The position numbers were made by a program, and so were the translations under genes. DNA of 64,000 bases, taken from Limnochordia bacterium. GTDB taxonomy: Bacteria > Bacillota > Limnochordia > DTU080. The notes beneath the pieces are model-generated. The model made no database searches and was not told the origin of the DNA. It was given only the letters and a program-made list of their open reading frames with translations. The stretch is taken from positions 160,001 to 224,000 of the forward strand of contig JBMNJG010000012.1 of assembly GCA_050951545.1 (NCBI GenBank), read 5' to 3'. Below, one piece after another: positions 58,760-64,000 of this stretch (its first letter is position 1; every line of letters starts with the position of its first letter).

Positions 58760-59845
58760 CTACGCCGACCTCTGCAGCTCGCTTAGAAAGCGATCGACCA
58801 GGCAACACTCTGGTAGCGAGTCTGGAGAGGTCAGGGGATCATATTGTACCGAGGAGACGTTTAGATACTTGTGCCGCAAACCCTCTATCGTTTCGTCATG
58901 AAGGCTCCTGTGCGTGATGACTAGCTCACTGGGAAGACCTCGTTCATCCACAGCGAAGCCATGGTTTTGAGAGGTGATCAAGACGCGATTGGTCTGCAGG
59001 TCCATGACGGGGTGGTTGGCGCCTCGATGGCCATGTGTGAGTTTGAAGGTGTCGGCGCCAAGAGCGAGAGCCAGTATCTGGTGCCCCAGCCCAATGCCGA
59101 GAAGAGGCACAGCCCCTATGAGTCGGGCGGCCGTCTCAATGATACCCTGAGAAGTCTTTGGGTCCCCTGGGCCAGAGGTGAGCAAAACCCCGTCTGGGCG
59201 AAGGGCCAAGATGGCCTCGGCTGACGTGGATGCCGGGACTACGGCGATGCGACAGGCCTTCGTCTTCAGGTGCTGCAGTATGTTTCGTTTCGCCCCAAAA
59301 TCGAAGATCACAATGCGTTTCCCGTCGCCTCTGTGCTCCATGAACGGTTGGGTGGTTGTGACTGCGCTGACGAGATCCTGACTGGAGATATCGGGAGCGG
59401 CGACTATACGTGCCAGCAACCCGGACGAGTCTACGTCACCGCTAGCAATGGCTCCCTTCATAGTACCCTGATCACGCAGCATGCAGGTCAGCGCTCTGGT
59501 ATCTAGACCAGAGATTCCGACCATGTCATGCTTCTGCATGAAGCTGGCGAGCATACCTCCCGATTGCCAGTGGCTAGGGGTAGAAGACGCTTCGCTGACC
59601 ACGAGGCCGCGAGCGTGCGGTCGCTCAGAGGTGAGGACTGCTTTGCTGATTCCATAGTTGCCGATCAGCGGGTACGTCAGCATCAGAATCTCACCGTGGT
59701 ATGAAGGATCGACAATGATATCTTGGTACCCTGTCATGCTGGTGTTGAACACGACCTCGCCGTGTACCTCACCAGGGACTCCCAAGGTCTGTCCTTCCCA
59801 AACGGCTCCATTTTCTAGCATCAGAATCGAGCGCACACCTATCAC
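58760..59845 (-). CDS. carA: Carbamoyl-phosphate synthase small subunit, glutaminase triad lost
   Basis: GEVVFNTSMTGYQ, YPLIGNYG, GHRGANHPV, TSQNHGFAV; but GIGLGHQ and SVQYDPL at the catalytic positions. Confidence 0.93.
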   Translation of the reverse strand: MIGVRSILMLENGAVWEGQTLGVPGEVHGEVVFNTSMTGYQDIIVDPSYHGEILMLTYPLIGNYGISKAVLTSERPHARGLVVSEASSTPSHWQSGGMLASFMQKHDMVGISGLDTRALTCMLRDQGTMKGAIASGDVDSSGLLARIVAAPDISSQDLVSAVTTTQPFMEHRGDGKRIVIFDFGAKRNILQHLKTKACRIAVVPASTSAEAILALRPDGVLLTSGPGDPKTSQGIIETAARLIGAVPLLGIGLGHQILALALGADTFKLTHGHRGANHPVMDLQTNRVLITSQNHGFAVDERGLPSELVITHRSLHDETIEGLRHKYLNVSSVQYDPLTSPDSLPECCLVDRFLSELQRSA

Positions 59846-59892
59846 TCCCAGGAAATCGTGTTACGCTGTGCGGGCATGTCGGAGGCTATGAC

Positions 59893-60825
59893 CTAGGCTC
59901 GCCTCAGCGCCCTATTGATGGACTCCTTGGCCATCGATGCGGCTTGTCTGGCCGCTGCAGCAAAACCTCGAGCATCACCGGAACGGCGGTAGGCGAAGAG
60001 GATGTCACGGCTGGAGTTGACCACCGCACCCATGCCCTGTCGGTCAAAGGCCCCTGCCACGTCATCTGCCCGCGCCCCTTGTGCTCCGAAGCCTGGTAGC
60101 AGAAAGACAGTGTGCGGCATGGATTCGCGCAGCACCCGGATAGCTTCCGGGTGTGTGGCCCCAACCACTGCACCAAGCGCGCTGTAGCCTGCGCGACCTA
60201 GACACGACCTACCCCACATGTCGACGAGACGGGCCACTTCAGTGTACAGAGGTTTGCCATCTACGTTTAGGTCCTGGATCTGCGTGGCACTGGAGTTTGA
60301 AGTGCGTACCAGGGCAAAAACGCCTTTTCCCCTTCCCCATCGTTGAAGGAACGGTTCAATACCGTCACTGCCCAAGTAAGGATTGACCGTGATCGCGTCT
60401 GCTTCCCCCGGTCCGCCGTCTGCATCGCCCGAGCATGGTCCGAGGAAACCTGCCGCATAACCTTCGGCAGAAGAGCCGATGTCATTTCGCTTGGCGTCTG
60501 CAATGACAAGCAGATCGTGCTCTAATGCAGTCTGCACCGTGGACTCGTAGGCGCGCCATCCCGGGGCGCCCCACTGTTCGTACAGGGCTAGTTGTGGTTT
60601 CACGGCCACGGCGTGATCCACTACCGCCGCGATGATCTCTCGATTGAACCGTAACGCCGCATCCGCCATCTGCACACGTAAGTCGCCTTCACAGCACTTA
60701 CGCGCATTCTCTACCAAGTGCTTGGGTAGCAGCCCTGCATGTGGGTCTAGACCAACCACCAACCGGCTGTTCTTATCGGCACAGGCGTCAAGCAGGCGAT
60801 CGGCAAAATGTCGACTCTTATTCAT
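59893..60825 (-). CDS. pyrF: OMP decarboxylase (subfamily 2)
   Basis: VGLDP, DAKRNDIGS, TVNPYLG, VRTSN, LPGFGAQG, NSSR. Confidence 0.95.
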   Translation of the reverse strand: MNKSRHFADRLLDACADKNSRLVVGLDPHAGLLPKHLVENARKCCEGDLRVQMADAALRFNREIIAAVVDHAVAVKPQLALYEQWGAPGWRAYESTVQTALEHDLLVIADAKRNDIGSSAEGYAAGFLGPCSGDADGGPGEADAITVNPYLGSDGIEPFLQRWGRGKGVFALVRTSNSSATQIQDLNVDGKPLYTEVARLVDMWGRSCLGRAGYSALGAVVGATHPEAIRVLRESMPHTVFLLPGFGAQGARADDVAGAFDRQGMGAVVNSSRDILFAYRRSGDARGFAAAARQAASMAKESINRALRRA

Positions 60826-62108
60826 TGAGCATCCCCCCATGCCAGTATCCCGTTCACGAATGTAGCGATCGGCCAACCCCGCAGACGTTGTCCTAGTAGG
60901 GGGGTGTTCTTGCCTTTCGAAACAAGATTTGCCGCCGTTACGACCAGTTCTTTTTTGGGGTCTACTAAAGTAAAATCGGCTGCAGTTCCCGGTCGAAGTG
61001 TGCCAGCGCCATCTGCCAATCCCAGCAACTCAGCTGGTCGGGTGCTCAGTACCTGTACCAGTCGTGAGAGGCTCACGCGGCCAGTAGAGACGAGGTGGGT
61101 ATAAAGTAACGCCAGAGTAGTCTCCAGAGCCACGGCTCCCCAAGGCGCTCGAGTGATCTCCACATCGGCCTCCTCAGCGGTCCAGGGTGTGTGATCGCTG
61201 GAGACGCAGTCAATGATCCCCTTGGCTAATCCTTCGACAAGGGCTTCTACGTGATCGACGGATCTGAGGGGCGGCAGAAGCTTGCATGCAGGGTCAAAGC
61301 TCTCTAACGCTTCGTCGGTCAGTACGAGGTGATGGGCCGAAACGTCGCAGCTGACAGGGATGCCAGCTGCCTTAGCCTGCGCCATGAGCCGGACCGAGTT
61401 GGCTGAACTAATCCGAAAGAAGTGCACTGGGCAGTCCGTCTCGGCCGCGAGTAACAGATCACGTGCGAGGGCTGTCTCTTCAGCCACAGCTGGTATGCCC
61501 TTCAATCCACACAACGTCGAAACCGTACCCTCGTGCATCAGTCCATCCATGACAAGCGCTGGATCGTGTGGTTGCACGCCAACAAGAGGCACCATTCCTT
61601 TGAGATACTGAAGCGTGCGCCGAAACAGGGCAGCGTTCGTGATAGGGCCATCCGGCTGCACAAAAGCCTGAGCACCTGCTTCTGCCATGGCCGCAAACTC
61701 TGGCATGGTCTCTCCAGCTAGTCCGGTGCTGAGAGCCCCCGCCACCAGAACACGCACACGGCCCTTCTTAGCTCCATGCACGAGCGCCTGGGCCACTGCC
61801 GATGGGGTATCTAGGGCGGGGTGTGTGTCAGGCATCATCAGCACTGTAGTATAGCCGCCGCGAGCAGCCGCCTGGGATCCACTCTCTACGGTCTCTCGCT
61901 CTTCGGCCCCCGGTTCGCACAGGTGAGTATGTAAGTCCACAAGTCCGGGCAGAAGCAGCAGACCATCGGCCTTAATAAGGCGTGCACCGCTGCTGGCGAC
62001 ATCGCTGCCGATCTGCGCGATGCGTCCGTCGATCACCAGAAGATCCTGCTGTGAATCAAGATCATCTGCAGGGCTCACCAGGCGAGCTCCCTTAACTAGC
62101 CAGTTCAT
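60822..62108 (-). CDS. pyrC: Dihydroorotase-like protein (several metal ligands substituted)
   Basis: PGLVDLHTHLCEPG, AARGGYTT, SDHTP, SKGKNTP; directly after pyrB. Confidence 0.88.
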   Translation of the reverse strand: MNWLVKGARLVSPADDLDSQQDLLVIDGRIAQIGSDVASSGARLIKADGLLLLPGLVDLHTHLCEPGAEERETVESGSQAAARGGYTTVLMMPDTHPALDTPSAVAQALVHGAKKGRVRVLVAGALSTGLAGETMPEFAAMAEAGAQAFVQPDGPITNAALFRRTLQYLKGMVPLVGVQPHDPALVMDGLMHEGTVSTLCGLKGIPAVAEETALARDLLLAAETDCPVHFFRISSANSVRLMAQAKAAGIPVSCDVSAHHLVLTDEALESFDPACKLLPPLRSVDHVEALVEGLAKGIIDCVSSDHTPWTAEEADVEITRAPWGAVALETTLALLYTHLVSTGRVSLSRLVQVLSTRPAELLGLADGAGTLRPGTAADFTLVDPKKELVVTAANLVSKGKNTPLLGQRLRGWPIATFVNGILAWGDAQ

Positions 62109-63021
62109 TGCGCTCACCTCCCGATAGGAGATACAAGACAGCCATGCGTATGGCTACACCATTACTAACCTGATCGTGTATGACTGAACGAGGATCCTCT
62201 GCCGCCTCCTCGGTTATCTCAACTCCGAGATTGGCTGGACCCGGATGCATGAGAACGATGTCTTGCCCTAGTGCATCGAGACGCTCCTTGGTAATGCCGT
62301 AGCGTCGTGAGTACTCCCGCAAGGAGGGGAAAAGACCAACCTTCTGGCGCTCGAGTTGCACGCGCAGTACATTGACGACTTCTGCTCCGTGCAGAGCCTT
62401 GTTGAGGTCAGTGTAAACCTCGACGCCCAACCCCTCCAACCCCGGAGGCAAAAGCGTCGCTGGTCCACACACGGCGACTTGAGCTCCCATCTTGATCAGG
62501 CCCCAGATGTCGGAGCGAGCTACTCTGCTATGCAATATGTCACCAACGATTAGCACACGTCGCCCGGAAAGCGAGCCCAGGCGTTGTCTGATGGTGAACA
62601 GATCGAGCAACCCCTGTGTCGGATGCTCGTGTGTGCCATCACCAGCATTGATGACTCCAGCGCGGATGGTACGGGCGATCAAATGCGGGACGCCAGGTGA
62701 GGAGTGCCGGATGACCACGAAATCCGCGCCCAGCGCCTCGATGGTGCGCACCGTATCTTTGATGCTCTCTCCTTTGGTTACGCTGCTTGTGGCCACAGCG
62801 ACACTCATGACTTCAGCCGAGAGCCACTTGCCTGCCATCTCGAACGACATCCGAGTGCGGGTGCTGGCTTCGTAAAAAAGGTTGACCAGGACTTTGCCGC
62901 GCAGCGTCGGTACTTTGCGCACAGGTCGGGACAAGATCTGTTTGCAGGCATCAGCCGTGTCTAGCACCAGCTCGATGTCTTCTTTGCCCAGCGATCTGAG
63001 ATCAAGCAGATCCTTGCGCAT
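62092..63021 (-). CDS. pyrB: Aspartate carbamoyltransferase
   Basis: FYEASTRTRMSFE, NAGDGTHEHPTQ, GDILHSRVARS, MHPGP. Confidence 0.97.
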   Translation of the reverse strand: MRKDLLDLRSLGKEDIELVLDTADACKQILSRPVRKVPTLRGKVLVNLFYEASTRTRMSFEMAGKWLSAEVMSVAVATSSVTKGESIKDTVRTIEALGADFVVIRHSSPGVPHLIARTIRAGVINAGDGTHEHPTQGLLDLFTIRQRLGSLSGRRVLIVGDILHSRVARSDIWGLIKMGAQVAVCGPATLLPPGLEGLGVEVYTDLNKALHGAEVVNVLRVQLERQKVGLFPSLREYSRRYGITKERLDALGQDIVLMHPGPANLGVEITEEAAEDPRSVIHDQVSNGVAIRMAVLYLLSGGERNELAS

Positions 63022-63121
63022 GCACGCCCTCCTCTTGTGTATCGTGCCCTGCTATCGCACAGCACCTACCCCGTATCGCGACGGTGGGGCAACCACTTGG
63101 CCGCCCCACCGAAGCAAATGC

Positions 63122-63784
<663 letters not shown>

Positions 63785-63800
63785 TCAAAATGCTAGCGCT

Positions 63801-63834
63801 TCCTTGGCAGCCTCGCCGAGCCGCTCTTAAAGGA
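63801..63834 (-). promoter_or_regulatory. PyrR-binding loop (anti-antiterminator)
   Basis: CCUUUAA...GGCUCGGCGAGGCU...AAGG matches the PyrR site pattern CUUUAA + ARUCCNGNGAGGYU. Confidence 0.8.
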
Positions 63835-63857
63835 CGCAATGCACTCCATCCTTTAGG

Positions 63858-63886
63858 ATGATACACAACCCCTGCGCCGCGGTCAA
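63858..63886 (-). promoter_or_regulatory. Sigma-A promoter of the pyr operon
   Basis: TTGACC, 17 nt, TATCAT, with an extended TG. Confidence 0.65.
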
Positions 63887-64000
63887 GTGCTTCTTTGCGT
63901 TGCGCGTAATTTGGCGAGCAACTCCGCAAAGCTGCTTGGCAGCGGTGCCACACAGCTCATCGGCAGATGACTCCCCGGATGAGTGAACGAGACCTGCCAC
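63883..64000 (-). CDS. 3' end of an RluA/RluD-family pseudouridine synthase (partial)
   Basis: Manual translation WQVSFTHPGSHLPMSCVAPLPSSFAELLAKLR fits the F.HP...APLP C-terminal motif; usual neighbour upstream of pyrR. Confidence 0.75.
   Translation of the reverse strand, partial: WQVSFTHPGSHLPMSCVAPLPSSFAELLAKLRATQRST

Noticed and set aside
63082-63111. Second PyrR attenuator between pyrR and pyrB
   Set aside because: A 9-bp hairpin is present, but I see no PyrR-binding motif or U-tract.

Overview
This window is core chromosome of a moderately GC-rich, spore-forming Firmicute (Clostridia/Limnochordia-like by gene content; inference). Almost all genes lie on the minus strand. Gene order along the window: smc, sigH-like, spoVS, rnc, fab/plsX/rpmF, coaD/rsmD/recG/fakB/fakA, rpmB, rpe-rsgA-pknB-pbpA-rodA-stp-fhaB-fhaA-rlmN, a small accessory patch, tRNA-Pro, spo0A-like, fmt/def/priA/rpoZ/gmk/remA/mIHF/yicC, Ca-ATPase, rqcH, then pur and pyr operons. 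Five things stand out. (1) A 1.9-kb decayed ISLre2/ISKra4-type element (28946-30826, 9-bp near-perfect target duplication) carries about 2.4 tandem copies of a ~390-400 bp non-coding unit, and differences between copies preserve predicted hairpins. (2) The glutamine-hydrolysing machinery of nucleotide synthesis is eroded in parallel: CarA has lost its Cys-His-Glu triad, PurF has HNG->HDG, and purQ/purS and carB are absent from their operons. PurR and PyrR regulatory sites are intact, which suggests direct use of ammonia. (3) An unannotated ~175-nt structured RNA candidate with its own sigma-A promoter lies between rpe and rpmB. (4) Spo0A and SigH homologues are divergent and sit outside their usual loci, and a small SigG-type spore protein gene follows the Spo0A homologue. 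(5) PyrC lacks several metal ligands. All calls come from reading motifs by eye; no database searches were run.
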